A DNA stretch of 38,576 nt from Acutalibacteraceae bacterium (GCA_045642785.1 JAZUJM010000179.1:1-38576), one strand, 5' to 3'; positions 8,998 through 19,045 are shown, numbered from the stretch's first letter. Notes: generated from the sequence alone by a model not told the origin. Numbers and translations: made by a program.

Positions 8998-9537
8998 ATG
9001 CGCGTCATAACCGGCACGGCAAGGGGCCGCGCACTTCGCACTCTTGAGGGTGACGAGGTTCGCCCCACCACCGATAAGGTAAAGGAATCAATGTTCAACA
9101 TCATTCAGTTTGAGGTTGAGGGCCGCAAAGTGCTTGACCTTTTTGCCGGCTCCGGCCAGCTCGGGATTGAGGCACTCAGCAGGGGCGCGGAAAGCGCGAC
9201 CTTTGTTGATGTTGCCAAGGAGCCGATAGCCGTTGTTAAAGAAAACCTTCAAAAAACGGGTTTTCTTTCAAAGGCGGAGGTTGTTCGTTCCGATTCCCTT
9301 TCGTTTTTACGAATGACCGGCAAAAAATTTGACCTTGTTTTTCTTGACCCGCCGTATTCAACCGGGCTTTTGCAAAAAGCGCTTGACCTTGTCGGCGATG
9401 TTGTTGCCGAGGGCGGCACCGTGATTTGCGAATCCCCGTTTGGCGAAGAAATGCCGGAATCCCCCTCCGGCCTCACAAAGCACAGAGATTATAAATACGG
9501 CAAAATAGCCCTTACGGTTTACAGAAAAGAAATTTGA
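8998..9537 (+). CDS. rsmD: 16S rRNA m2G966 methyltransferase
   Basis: MRVITG, RPTTDKVKE, LDLFAGSG, EALSRGA and DPPY motifs. Confidence 0.96.
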   Translation: MRVITGTARGRALRTLEGDEVRPTTDKVKESMFNIIQFEVEGRKVLDLFAGSGQLGIEALSRGAESATFVDVAKEPIAVVKENLQKTGFLSKAEVVRSDSLSFLRMTGKKFDLVFLDPPYSTGLLQKALDLVGDVVAEGGTVICESPFGEEMPESPSGLTKHRDYKYGKIALTVYRKEI

Positions 9538-9564
9538 ACTTTTTTAACAGAAAGGAAAAGAGCC

Positions 9565-10344
9565 ATGGATAGTGTACAGACCATAGAAAAATGCCTCGAC
9601 CAGATAGAAGACGTGCTTGAAACCGGCAGCCGATTTGCCCTTACAAACAAAACAGTCATCGACGCCGCTCCCATAAAAACCGCCATTGAGGATATCCGCC
9701 TCAATCTCCCTGCCGAGATTGCTCAGGCAAGGGCCGTGGTTGCCGACCGCAACAGTATTCTTGTTAAGGCAAGGGATGAGGCAGTCAACGCCACCACCTC
9801 CGCTCAGGAAAAGGCACGCACAATGATAGCCGGCGCCGAGATGAAGGTTAAAGAAATGGTTGCCAAAACCGAGGAGTTTGCAAACAAACGCGTAACCGAC
9901 GCCCAGACCCAGTCCAAGGCTCTTATTGACACCGCCACCGAGGATGCCAGAATAATCCGCGCCAACGCTCAGCTTGAAGCGGCGGCACTTATCGAAAACA
10001 GCGAGGTTGTTCGCGCCTCCCGTGCCTCCGCCGAGGAAATTATGGCCGAGGCAAGAGCAAATGCCGACGCCCTTATTGCCAAGGCAAGGGCTCAGGCGGA
10101 TTCCATGATTTCGGCGGCAGAGCAGCAGGCAAGCAGAACCATTGAGGAAGCAAGAGCCCGCTCCGACGAAAGCATTGACAACGCAAACAAGTGGTCGGCG
10201 GAAATCCGCGTTGCCGCAGGCGATTTTATTGAAGAGATTATGAGAACTGCCGATAATGCAATTACCGACAGCCTCAACGCCATTCGCAGTGCGCGCGGCA
10301 GCATAAAAACCGTTACCGGCAAAGCAGACGAAGATAACAACTGA
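9565..10344 (+). CDS. DivIVA/SepIVA-like coiled-coil protein (the conserved gene usually found after rsmD-coaD)
   Basis: N-terminus LDQIEDVLE...IEDIRLNLPAEIAQARAVVADRNSIL, followed by Ala-rich 11-residue repeats. Confidence 0.65.
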   Translation: MDSVQTIEKCLDQIEDVLETGSRFALTNKTVIDAAPIKTAIEDIRLNLPAEIAQARAVVADRNSILVKARDEAVNATTSAQEKARTMIAGAEMKVKEMVAKTEEFANKRVTDAQTQSKALIDTATEDARIIRANAQLEAAALIENSEVVRASRASAEEIMAEARANADALIAKARAQADSMISAAEQQASRTIEEARARSDESIDNANKWSAEIRVAAGDFIEEIMRTADNAITDSLNAIRSARGSIKTVTGKADEDNN

Positions 10345-10360
10345 TTTCCGAAAATAGTTT

Positions 10361-10414
10361 CAGCCGTGTTATGCTGGCAGAGCAAGAATCTGCGCACGAC
10401 ACGGCTGTTTTCTT
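10361..10414 (+). terminator. Long hairpin terminator upstream of the his promoter
   Basis: cagccgtgt/acacggctg outer stem, gcaga/tctgc inner stem, then ttttctt. Confidence 0.7.
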
Positions 10415-10443
10415 TGATTTATTAACAAAATAAGAAAAAGAGC

Positions 10444-10481
10444 TTGACTTTGCTATGATAATGTGTTACTATGCTAAAGCG
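10444..10481 (+). promoter_or_regulatory. his operon promoter overlapped by two candidate HisR (TrpR/YerC-family) operators
   Basis: TTGACT-17 nt-TACTAT with TG. The 20-mers gactttgctatgataatgtg (10446) and tgtgttactatgctaaagcg (10462) resemble the HisR palindrome ACTTTA-N6-TAAAG as I recall it. Confidence 0.65.
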
Positions 10482-10533
10482 TTAAACATTATCAGGTATT
10501 ACCATATTCTTTTTCAGATAAGGAGCCGCGCAG

Positions 10534-11628
10534 ATGAACAGGCAGATAACACCCGATTCAACCGAAAGCATTATTTTTGCTCTTCGTTCTCTTTTTGATT
10601 CCTACGGCTATGCCCATTATAAAATGAGCAAGTTTGAGGAATACGACCTTTACTCAAAAAACAAGGATTTCCTTGTTTCCGACGGAGTAATCACCTTCAC
10701 CGACACCAACGGTAAGCTTATGGCCTTAAAGCCGGATGTTACCCTTTCAATAGTCAAAAACACAAACGACACGGAAACAGGCGTTTACAAGCTTTGCTAT
10801 GATGAAAACGTTTACCGTGTTTCCAAGGGCACCCGTTCTTTCAGGGAGCTTATGCAGGCCGGGCTTGAATGTATAGGCAAAATTGATGACTACTGCATTT
10901 TTGAGGTTCTGACCCTTGCGGCAAAAAGCCTTCAGACCATTTCGGAAAGCAGTCTGCTTGATATTTCCAACCTCGGCATTCTCTCCGAGCTTATTGAAAG
11001 CGCCGGCATACCGGAGAGCGAAAAATCCGACTGCTTCCGCCTTATAGGCGAAAAGAATCTTCATGAACTCACCGCAAAATGCCTCGGCCTCGGTGTTGAT
11101 GAAAAGGCTATTGAAGCAATCAAGCAGCTTGTTGCCCTGCGCGGTGCACCCGCCTCCGCTTTGCCCCGACTTGAAAGCTGCGTTGTCGGTATGGTGAGCG
11201 AGCAGACTCTTTGCTCCTTTAAACGCATTGTTTCGGCTCTCAGCGCCCAATGTGACAACATAAACATTGACTTTTCAGTCGTTGACGACATTAATTATTA
11301 TAACGGCATTGTTTTCAAGGGCTTTGTTGAGGGCGTGCCGAGCAGCGTGCTCTCCGGCGGCCAGTACGATTCGCTTATGAAGCGGATGAAGCGCAAAAAC
11401 GGAGCCATCGGCTTTGCGGTTTATCTTGATTTGCTTGAATATCTTGATAACTCCGGCAAAGAATTTGATGTTGATACCGTTCTGCTTTATGACGATAATT
11501 CCGCCTTTGAAGAGGTGGAAAAGCTTGCAAACGCGCTTCGCAGCAGCGGTGCGGGCGTGCTCACGGCAAAAGAGGTTCCCGATTCAATAAGATACAGAGC
11601 GCTTATCAAAGCGGAAAGCGCGAGGTGA
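10534..11628 (+). CDS. hisZ: ATP phosphoribosyltransferase regulatory subunit
   Basis: HisRS-like (LKPDVT, QAGLECIG, YYNGIVF, GGQYD) and lies directly before a short-form hisG. Confidence 0.92.
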   Translation: MNRQITPDSTESIIFALRSLFDSYGYAHYKMSKFEEYDLYSKNKDFLVSDGVITFTDTNGKLMALKPDVTLSIVKNTNDTETGVYKLCYDENVYRVSKGTRSFRELMQAGLECIGKIDDYCIFEVLTLAAKSLQTISESSLLDISNLGILSELIESAGIPESEKSDCFRLIGEKNLHELTAKCLGLGVDEKAIEAIKQLVALRGAPASALPRLESCVVGMVSEQTLCSFKRIVSALSAQCDNINIDFSVVDDINYYNGIVFKGFVEGVPSSVLSGGQYDSLMKRMKRKNGAIGFAVYLDLLEYLDNSGKEFDVDTVLLYDDNSAFEEVEKLANALRSSGAGVLTAKEVPDSIRYRALIKAESAR

Positions 11629-12269
11629 AAATGGAAATGAATAAAATGCTCAATGTTGCCCTGCCCAAGGGCAGGCTCGGCGAAAAGGTTTACGCTATGT
11701 TTGAAAAGGCAGGCTTCCCCTGCCCCTCAATCAAAGAGACCAACCGCAAGCTCATTTTTGAAAATGAAGAGTGCGGAGTGCGCTATTTCTGGGTCAAGCC
11801 CTCGGATGTTGCAATTTATGTTGAAAGAGGCGCCGCTGATATCGGCGTTGCGGGCAAGGATATTCTGCTTGAATACAAGCCGGATGTTTACGAACTGCTT
11901 GATTTGAACATCGGCAAATGCCGTATGGCCGTTGCCGCAAAAAAGGATTTCCGTGACGACACAAGCAAAACCCTGCGCGTTGCCACAAAATTTTCCGAAA
12001 TCGCGGGTCAGTATTACCGCTCCAAGGGGCGCGATATTGATATAATCCACTTAAACGGTTCCATAGAGATTGCCCCCATTCTCGGGCTTTCGGATGTTAT
12101 TGTGGATATAGTCGAAACCGGCTCCACACTCAAAGAAAACGACCTTGTGGTTTTTGACACTATAGTGCCCATAAGCGCAAGGCTCATATCAAATAAGGCA
12201 AGCTACAAATTCAAGGGCGACGCCATAGACCGCCTTGCAAAAGAGCTCGCAAATCAAACGGAGGAATAA
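11625..12269 (+). CDS. hisG: ATP phosphoribosyltransferase, short form
   Basis: VALPKGRL, ADIGVAGKD, VATKF, GSIEIAP and DIVETGSTL motifs. The start could be any of several codons between 11625 and 11646. Confidence 0.96.
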   Translation: MKMEMNKMLNVALPKGRLGEKVYAMFEKAGFPCPSIKETNRKLIFENEECGVRYFWVKPSDVAIYVERGAADIGVAGKDILLEYKPDVYELLDLNIGKCRMAVAAKKDFRDDTSKTLRVATKFSEIAGQYYRSKGRDIDIIHLNGSIEIAPILGLSDVIVDIVETGSTLKENDLVVFDTIVPISARLISNKASYKFKGDAIDRLAKELANQTEE

Positions 12270-12272
12270 GCT

Positions 12273-13556
12273 GTGATTAAGATTTTACAATACGGCAAGG
12301 TCAGCAGAGAGGATATTTTTTCCGTTTCCGCTCCCAAAATAAATGTTGAGGCAACCGTTTCCGAAATAATCGAAAATGTTAAGGCAAACGGCGACAAGGC
12401 GCTTTTTGAATACTGTGAAAAATTTGACAAGGCAAAGCTTTCATCCCTTCTTGTCAGCGAAGAAGAAATTGAAGAGGCCTTTGCCGAGGTTGAGCCGAAA
12501 TTCATTGATATTTTAGAGCGTGCCGCCGCAAACATACGCAAATTCCACTCAAAGCAGGTTCGCAACTCATTTATCATCAATGATGAAGACGGAATAGTAA
12601 TCGGTCAGAAGGTGATTCCCGTTGACCGCGCGGGGCTTTATGTTCCCGGCGGCACGGCGGCCTACCCCTCCACCGTGCTTATGGATTCAATCCCCGCCAA
12701 AATCGCCGGTGTTAAAGAGGTTGTTATTGTTACCCCTCCCAACGCCGAAGGCAAGGTTAACCCCGTTATTCTTGCCGCGGCAAAGGTTGCCGGGGTGGAT
12801 AAAATCTTCAAGGTGGGCGGCGCACAGGCCATTGCCGCGCTTGCCTACGGCACCGAAAGCATACCCAAGGTGGATAAAATAGTCGGCCCGGGCAATGCCT
12901 TTGTTGCCGAGGCAAAAAAGCAGGTTTTCGGCAAGGTTTCCATTGATATGATAGCGGGCCCGAGTGAAATTCTTATTGTTGCCGACGGCAAAACCAACCC
13001 CGAATACGCCGCCGCCGACCTTCTTTCTCAGGCAGAGCACGATAAAATGGCAAGCGCCGTGCTTGTTACCGATTCCGCCGAGCTTGCCGAAAAGGTGAGC
13101 GAAGAGATTGAAAAACAGATTCCTCTGCTTCTTCGCGCCGAAATCGCCCGTGCCTCCATTGATGACAACGGCAAAATAATAGTTGCCGATAACCTTGAAA
13201 CCGTTATTGAAATTGCAAACGAGATTGCACCGGAGCACCTTGAGCTCTGCGTTGATAATCCCTTTGATTATCTCGATAAAATCCGCCACGCGGGTTCCGT
13301 TTTTATGGGCCGCAACTGCCCCGAAGCACTCGGTGATTATTTCGCCGGCCCCAATCACACCCTGCCCACAAGCGGCACAGCCAAATTTTCCAGCCCGCTT
13401 TCGGTGGATGATTTTGTCAAAAAGACCCAATACACCTATTACACAAGAGCCGCGCTTGAAAAGGTGGCAGAGGATGTTGCCTATTTTGCAAATGCAGAGG
13501 GACTTACCGCCCACGCAAAAAGCGCAGTTGTTCGCACCGAGGGGGATAAAAAATGA
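12273..13556 (+). CDS. hisD: Histidinol dehydrogenase
   Basis: [38 protein letters not shown] and GPNHTLPT motifs. Confidence 0.98.
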   Translation: MIKILQYGKVSREDIFSVSAPKINVEATVSEIIENVKANGDKALFEYCEKFDKAKLSSLLVSEEEIEEAFAEVEPKFIDILERAAANIRKFHSKQVRNSFIINDEDGIVIGQKVIPVDRAGLYVPGGTAAYPSTVLMDSIPAKIAGVKEVVIVTPPNAEGKVNPVILAAAKVAGVDKIFKVGGAQAIAALAYGTESIPKVDKIVGPGNAFVAEAKKQVFGKVSIDMIAGPSEILIVADGKTNPEYAAADLLSQAEHDKMASAVLVTDSAELAEKVSEEIEKQIPLLLRAEIARASIDDNGKIIVADNLETVIEIANEIAPEHLELCVDNPFDYLDKIRHAGSVFMGRNCPEALGDYFAGPNHTLPTSGTAKFSSPLSVDDFVKKTQYTYYTRAALEKVAEDVAYFANAEGLTAHAKSAVVRTEGDKK

Positions 13557-14617
13557 GCAGCTTTATGAGTCGAAAGTTTTCCTCGCTCGTTCCCTATGTG
13601 CCGGGTGAACAGCCCAAAACCAGAAAATTCAATAAGCTCAACACAAATGAATCCCCTTTCCCGCCCTCACCGCTTGCGGTAAAATACGCAAATGAAGCGG
13701 CAAAGAATGTTCAGCTTTACTCCGACCCCGACTGCAGGGCGCTCATTGATGCGGCGGTCAAGGCGCTCGGCGTTAAGGAAGATGAAATAATCTTCACCAA
13801 CGGCTCCGACGAAATTCTGAATTTCGCGTTTATGGCATTTTGTGATGAAAACACTCCGGCGGCATTCCCGAATTACACCTACGGCTTTTATCCCGTTTTT
13901 GCCGCCCTCAATTCAATACCGTTTACCGAAATTCCGCTCAATGCCGATTTCACCGTTAATGTTGAGGATTATATCGGCATAAACAAAACAATCTTTATCG
14001 CAAACCCCAATGCGCCCACGGGAATCGCTCTTCCCCTTGCCGATATTGAAAGGATAGTCGCCTCCAACCCCGGCAACATAGTTGTTGTTGATGAGGCCTA
14101 TGTTGATTTCGGCGGCGAAAGTGCAATAAAGCTGATTAACAAATATAATAATCTGCTTGTAACACAGACCTTTTCAAAATCCCGCTCAATGGCGGGGGCA
14201 CGCCTCGGCTTCGGCGTTGCCTGCCGCGAGCTGATTGCCGACCTTAACACCATTCGTTTTTCCACCAACCCCTACAATATCAACAGCGTAACCATGGCAA
14301 TGGGTGTCGGCGCACTTGAGGATTCGGAATACTTTGAGAATAACTGCAAAGCCGTTATCGCAAACCGCGAGCAAACCGTTGAAAAGCTCACCGCCCTCGG
14401 CTTTGAAATTCTCCCATCCTCAACCAATTTCATTTTTGCAAAGCACCGCACTTTAAGCGGCGATTATATCTATTCCGCACTCAGAGAAAACGGAATCCTT
14501 GTTCGCCATTTCAACAAAGAGGGTTTAACGGAATATAACAGAATCTCCATAGGAAGCACGGAGCAAATGGAAGCTCTCGTTTCCGCACTTGAAAAGATTA
14601 CGGAGGGTAACAGATGA
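13553..14617 (+). CDS. hisC: Histidinol-phosphate aminotransferase
   Basis: KLNTNE, NGSDE, NPNAPTG, DEAY and TFSK (PLP lysine) motifs. Confidence 0.96.
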   Translation: MSSFMSRKFSSLVPYVPGEQPKTRKFNKLNTNESPFPPSPLAVKYANEAAKNVQLYSDPDCRALIDAAVKALGVKEDEIIFTNGSDEILNFAFMAFCDENTPAAFPNYTYGFYPVFAALNSIPFTEIPLNADFTVNVEDYIGINKTIFIANPNAPTGIALPLADIERIVASNPGNIVVVDEAYVDFGGESAIKLINKYNNLLVTQTFSKSRSMAGARLGFGVACRELIADLNTIRFSTNPYNINSVTMAMGVGALEDSEYFENNCKAVIANREQTVEKLTALGFEILPSSTNFIFAKHRTLSGDYIYSALRENGILVRHFNKEGLTEYNRISIGSTEQMEALVSALEKITEGNR

Positions 14618-15201
14618 GAAACGCAGCCATTGAAAGAAAAACCGCCGAAACGGATATAAAGCTCAGCCTTGAGCTTGATGGTAAGGGAAGCTCCGAAATC
14701 AGCACGGGCTGCGGCTTTCTTGACCATATGCTCACCCTTTTTGCCAAGCACGGCAGATTTGATTTAAAAGTCATCTGCCGCGGCGACACCGAGGTTGATT
14801 ATCACCACACGGTTGAGGATATCGGCATTGCCCTGGGCTGTGCCTTTGCCGAGGCAATAGGCGACAAAAAAGGCATTTGCCGCTACGGCAGTTTCACCCT
14901 GCCTATGGATGAATCGCTCATCCTCTCCGCCGTTGATATCTCCGGGCGTTCATACCTTGGCTTTGACCTGCCAATGCCCACCGAAAAGGTCGGCGATTTT
15001 GACACCGAGCTTGTTGAGGAATTCTGGCTCGGCTTTGTTCGCAACGCGGGCGTAACCCTTCACATCCGCCTTCTTGCCGGCTCCAACACCCACCACATAA
15101 TTGAGGGTGCATTCAAATCCGCCGCAAGAAGCTTTAAAGCAGCGGTTAAAATCGACCCGGATTTTGCCGATGAAATTCCGTCAACAAAGGGAGTTCTGTA
15201 A
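14614..15201 (+). CDS. hisB: Imidazoleglycerol-phosphate dehydratase
   Basis: FLDHML, DYHHTVED, PMDE, NTHHIIE and PSTKG motifs. Confidence 0.98.
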   Translation: MRNAAIERKTAETDIKLSLELDGKGSSEISTGCGFLDHMLTLFAKHGRFDLKVICRGDTEVDYHHTVEDIGIALGCAFAEAIGDKKGICRYGSFTLPMDESLILSAVDISGRSYLGFDLPMPTEKVGDFDTELVEEFWLGFVRNAGVTLHIRLLAGSNTHHIIEGAFKSAARSFKAAVKIDPDFADEIPSTKGVL

Positions 15202-15818
15202 TGATTGCGATTATCGACTACGGCGTAGGCAACCTTTTTTCGCTTAAAAGCTCCTTTGCGGCAATCGGCGCAGAGGTTAAGGTTACCGATGATGAAAATG
15301 AAATAAGAAAAGCCGACGGAATCATTCTGCCGGGTGTCGGCGCGTTTGAAGACGCGGCAAAAAAGCTGCGTGATTCCGGGCTTGTTGATGTTATAAAGGA
15401 GCAGGCGGCGGCAGGCAAACCCCTCATGGGTATCTGCCTTGGTATGCAGCTTCTTTTTGAAAAAAGCTTTGAATACGGCGAGCATAACGGGCTGGGACTT
15501 CTTAAGGGCAATGTGCGCCCGATAGCGGATGTTATCCCCGGCGGCCTTAAAATCCCCCACATCGGCTGGAATGCGCTGATTTTCAAAAAAGAAAGCGAGC
15601 TTTTTAAATATATCAAAAACGGCGAGCACGTGTATTTTGTTCACTCATTTTATGCCGCCGACTGTGACGATTCCGTTATCGCCGCCTCGGAATACGGTGC
15701 CGAGCTCACAGCCGCCGTTGCCTGCGGCAATGTTTACGGCTGCCAGTTCCACCCCGAAAAAAGCGGCAACACGGGTCTGAATATTCTTAAAGCATTCGTT
15801 GAAATCTGCAAAAGCTGA
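15201..15818 (+). CDS. hisH: IGP synthase glutamine amidotransferase subunit
   Basis: IIDYGVGN, LPGVG, GICLGMQ, YFVHS and QFHPEKS motifs. Confidence 0.98.
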   Translation: MIAIIDYGVGNLFSLKSSFAAIGAEVKVTDDENEIRKADGIILPGVGAFEDAAKKLRDSGLVDVIKEQAAAGKPLMGICLGMQLLFEKSFEYGEHNGLGLLKGNVRPIADVIPGGLKIPHIGWNALIFKKESELFKYIKNGEHVYFVHSFYAADCDDSVIAASEYGAELTAAVACGNVYGCQFHPEKSGNTGLNILKAFVEICKS

Positions 15819-15837
15819 TGAAAAGGGAGGAAGCAAA

Positions 15838-16551
15838 ATGCTGATTTATCCGGCAATAGACCTCTTTGAGGGCAAGGCCGTGCGCCTTTTCAAGGGCGAT
15901 TACGCGCAGATGACTGTTTACAGCGAAAATCCCCCTCAGATAGCCGAAGAGTTCAAAAAATGCGGGGCTCAATGTATTCACATAGTTGATTTGGAGGGCG
16001 CCAAAAGCGGCTCCACGCCGAATTTTGACACGGTGCTTAAAATCAAAAACACCTCCGGCCTTTTTTGCGAAATAGGCGGAGGAATAAGAAGCCTTGAAAC
16101 AATAGAAAAATATATTTCCGCCGGGCTTGACCGGGTTATCCTCGGCACCGCCGCCGTTACTCAGCCGGGCTTTGTAAAAGAGGCGGTTGACCGCTTCGGC
16201 GATAAAATCGCGGTGGGAATTGATGTTAAAGACGGGTTTGTTGCCATAAAGGGCTGGACCGAAAAATCCGCGTTTGAGGCAATGGATTTCTGCCTGAAGA
16301 TGCAGGATATCGGCGTTAAAACCGTTATCTGCACCGATATTTCAAAAGACGGCGCAATGCAGGGCACAAACCGTGAGCTGTATTCCCTGCTCAGCGAAAA
16401 AACCGATATGAACATTATCGCCTCGGGCGGCGTTTCCGATATTGAGGATATAAAGGCACTTGCCGCAAAAAAGATTCACGGCGCAATAATCGGCAAGGCA
16501 TATTATATCGGCGCAATTAACCTTAAAGAGGCGGTTGAGGTGGCAAAATGA
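15838..16551 (+). CDS. hisA: ProFAR isomerase
   Basis: IYPAIDL, HIVDLEGA, GGGIR and TDISKDG motifs. ATG at 15838 follows a gggagg RBS. Confidence 0.97.
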   Translation: MLIYPAIDLFEGKAVRLFKGDYAQMTVYSENPPQIAEEFKKCGAQCIHIVDLEGAKSGSTPNFDTVLKIKNTSGLFCEIGGGIRSLETIEKYISAGLDRVILGTAAVTQPGFVKEAVDRFGDKIAVGIDVKDGFVAIKGWTEKSAFEAMDFCLKMQDIGVKTVICTDISKDGAMQGTNRELYSLLSEKTDMNIIASGGVSDIEDIKALAAKKIHGAIIGKAYYIGAINLKEAVEVAK

Positions 16552-17306
16552 TAACCAAAAGAATTATCCCCTGCCTTGATGTTAAAAACGGCAGGGTCGT
16601 AAAAGGCGTTAATTTTGAGGGGCTGCAGGATGTTTCATCCCCCGTTTCGCTTGCAAAATATTACAGCGACAACGGCGCAGATGAGCTTGTTTTTTATGAT
16701 ATCACAGCCTCCTCCGACGGCAGAAAGCTGTTCACCGATATTCTGTGTGAAACCGCAAGCAAGGTGTTCATTCCGCTCACGGTAGGCGGCGGAATAAACT
16801 CGGTGGCTGACTTTGACCGTGTGCTCAAATGCGGTGCCGACAAGGTAAGTGTTAACTCCGGCGCAATCCGCGACCCTTCCATTGTTGAGCAGGCAGCCAA
16901 GCTTTACGGCGACCAGTGCGTTGTGCTTTCGGTTGATGTTAAAAGAGTTGACGGCGTTTTTCGCGTCTTTGCAAAGGGCGGGCGTGAAAACACCGGCCTT
17001 GAAGCGATTGAGTGGATAAAGAGATGTGTCGGTAACGGTGCAGGTGAAATTGTAGTTAACTCCATTGATACCGACGGGGTAAAAGGCGGCTTTGACCTTG
17101 AAATGCTCGACGCTGTGTGCAATGCGGTTTCCGTGCCGGTTATTGCTTCCGGCGGTGCCGGCAAACCGGAGGATTTTATAACCCTGTTTAAAACGCTGCC
17201 GAAGGTTGACGCCGGCCTCGCAGCTTCGGTTTTCCACTTCGGAGAAATTAAAATTTCGGATTTAAAGGCTCAGATGGCCGCAAACGGAATACCCGCAAGG
17301 CTCTGA
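16548..17306 (+). CDS. hisF: IGP synthase cyclase subunit
   Basis: KRIIPCLDV, GADELVFYDITAS and PVIASGGAG motifs. Confidence 0.98.
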   Translation: MITKRIIPCLDVKNGRVVKGVNFEGLQDVSSPVSLAKYYSDNGADELVFYDITASSDGRKLFTDILCETASKVFIPLTVGGGINSVADFDRVLKCGADKVSVNSGAIRDPSIVEQAAKLYGDQCVVLSVDVKRVDGVFRVFAKGGRENTGLEAIEWIKRCVGNGAGEIVVNSIDTDGVKGGFDLEMLDAVCNAVSVPVIASGGAGKPEDFITLFKTLPKVDAGLAASVFHFGEIKISDLKAQMAANGIPARL

Positions 17307-17325
17307 GTAAAGAATTAAGGAGAAA

Positions 17326-17982
17326 ATGATTATGATTAACATTGACGAACTTAAATTTGACGAAAAAGGGCTTATCCCCGCAATAGTTGTTGATTCAATA
17401 ACCAAAAAAGTGCTCACCCTTGCTTATATGAACAAAGAGAGCCTGCAAATCTCCATTGAAAAGGGACTAACCTGCTTCTGGAGCAGGTCAAGGAACGAGC
17501 TTTGGCTAAAGGGCGAAACAAGCGGCAATTATCAGCACATAGTTTCCATTACCGCCGATTGTGACAAAGACGCCCTGACCATTGTTGTTGAGCCCGACGG
17601 CCCAGCCTGCCACCTCGGCACAACCTCCTGCTTTGAAAGCCCCGTTTATCAAAGCGAAGACAGGCACGAATTTTCATTGAATCAGCTTATGACACTTATC
17701 GAGGGCAGAAAAACCGAGAAAAAAGACGGCTCCTACACCACCTATCTTTTTGAAAAGGGTCTTGATAAGATTCTTAAGAAAGTCGGCGAAGAGAGCACTG
17801 AGGTCATCATCGCCGCCAAAGCGGAGGATAAAAAAGAGACGGTTTATGAGATTGCCGACCTTGCCTACCATGTGATGGTGCTTATGGTTGAAGCCGGAAT
17901 AAGCATTGTGGATATTCACCGTGAGCTTGCCTCACGCCATGTTATTGACCACAAGGTCAAGCAGGAAAAAATGACAAGCTGA
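17326..17982 (+). CDS. hisIE: Bifunctional PR-AMP cyclohydrolase / PR-ATP pyrophosphatase
   Basis: [22 protein letters not shown]...KKVGEE and EIADLAYH motifs. Confidence 0.97.
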   Translation: MIMINIDELKFDEKGLIPAIVVDSITKKVLTLAYMNKESLQISIEKGLTCFWSRSRNELWLKGETSGNYQHIVSITADCDKDALTIVVEPDGPACHLGTTSCFESPVYQSEDRHEFSLNQLMTLIEGRKTEKKDGSYTTYLFEKGLDKILKKVGEESTEVIIAAKAEDKKETVYEIADLAYHVMVLMVEAGISIVDIHRELASRHVIDHKVKQEKMTS

Positions 17983-17996
17983 ATAAAGCACAAATC

Positions 17997-18028
17997 GCCC
18001 TCAGCCGATTGGCTGAGGGCAGTTTTTT
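17997..18028 (+). terminator. his operon terminator
   Basis: gccctcagcc/ggctgagggc 10-bp stem followed by agtttttt. Confidence 0.85.
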
Positions 18029-18032
18029 GCCC

Positions 18033-18067
18033 AAAAAAAGAGCCCGTTTCCTAAAAAACGGACTCTT
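18033..18067 (-). terminator. rplJL terminator
   Basis: Imperfect stem aagagcccgttt/aaacggactctt with an A-tract on the left. Confidence 0.75.
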
Positions 18068-18085
18068 GATTTTGTTAAGCTTAAA

Positions 18086-18463
18086 TTATTTAAGTTCAAC
18101 CTTTGCGCCGACTTCTTCAAGCTTTGCCTTTGCAGCTTCAGCGTCGTCCTTGGACATAGCTTCCTTAACGGTCTTGGGAGCGCCGTCAACAACAGCCTTT
18201 GCCTCAGCAAGGCCGAGACCTGTGAGCTCACGAACAACCTTGATAACCTTGATCTTCTGTTCGCCGACATCGGCAAGAACAAGATCAAACTCGGTCTTCT
18301 CTTCTTCAGCAGCAGCTTCTGAGGCAACGGGGCCGGCAACTGCAACAGCGGCAGCGGCGGATACGCCGAACTCATCCTCAACAGCGTGTACAAGCTCTGA
18401 GAGCTCGAGGACTGTGAGAGCCTTAATTTCTTCGATCATAGCAGCGATTTTCTCTGATGCCAT
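18086..18463 (-). CDS. rplL: 50S ribosomal protein L7/L12
   Basis: [10 protein letters not shown]...[35 protein letters not shown]. Confidence 0.99.
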   Translation of the reverse strand: MASEKIAAMIEEIKALTVLELSELVHAVEDEFGVSAAAAVAVAGPVASEAAAEEEKTEFDLVLADVGEQKIKVIKVVRELTGLGLAEAKAVVDGAPKTVKEAMSKDDAEAAKAKLEEVGAKVELK

Positions 18464-18496
18464 TTTATTTTCCTCCTAAATCAGTTGTTTTTTTAA

Positions 18497-19045
18497 TTAT
18501 GCTTCTGCGGGTGCTTCTGCGGGAGCTGCTTCCTCTGCGGGAGCTGCTTCGCCGTCCTTATCAACAATAGCCTGAATAGCGCGTGCGAATGCTGCGATGG
18601 GAGCGTTGAACGCGTTGCAGACGGTTGCAAGAAGGATTTCTCTTGAGGGGAGCTTTGCAAGTGAGCTGATCATATCGGTGCCGATGACTTTGCCGTCAAG
18701 GTAACCGCTCTTAACTGTGAACTTGCCCTTGCTTGCGTCAGCGTATTTGCTGAGGATTCTTGCAGCAGCAACGTGATCCTCTGCGCTGATAGCGATAGCG
18801 GTGGTGCCTTCGAGAACGTTGGTCATATCGTCAAGGCCGACATTCTTGGCAGCAAGACCGAGGAGTGTGTTCTTAACAACAGAGTACTTAACACCTGCTT
18901 CACGAAGCTCTTTACGGAGCTTGGTATCATCAGCCACGGTGATTCCCTTGTAATCAACAACAACACCTGCTACGGAGTTCTTGAGAAGATCGGAAAGTTC
19001 AGCAACAACCTGCTTCTTCTGCTCTAAAACCTTTTCACTTGGCAA
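18497..19045 (-). CDS. rplJ: 50S ribosomal protein L10
   Basis: DYKGITV...LRKELR, VVKNTL, LAKLPSRE. TTG start at 19045 after ggaggtg. Confidence 0.98.
   Translation of the reverse strand: MPSEKVLEQKKQVVAELSDLLKNSVAGVVVDYKGITVADDTKLRKELREAGVKYSVVKNTLLGLAAKNVGLDDMTNVLEGTTAIAISAEDHVAAARILSKYADASKGKFTVKSGYLDGKVIGTDMISSLAKLPSREILLATVCNAFNAPIAAFARAIQAIVDKDGEAAPAEEAAPAEAPAEA

Noticed and set aside
17983-18086. rpoB absent downstream of rplL
   Set aside because: Separation of rplJL from rpoBC is a plain rearrangement seen in various Clostridia and is not evidence of a new system.
18500-18552. Short tandem repeats (ttctgcggg-like) at the end of rplJ
   Set aside because: They encode an ordinary Ala/Pro/Glu low-complexity tail, not a CRISPR or contingency repeat.
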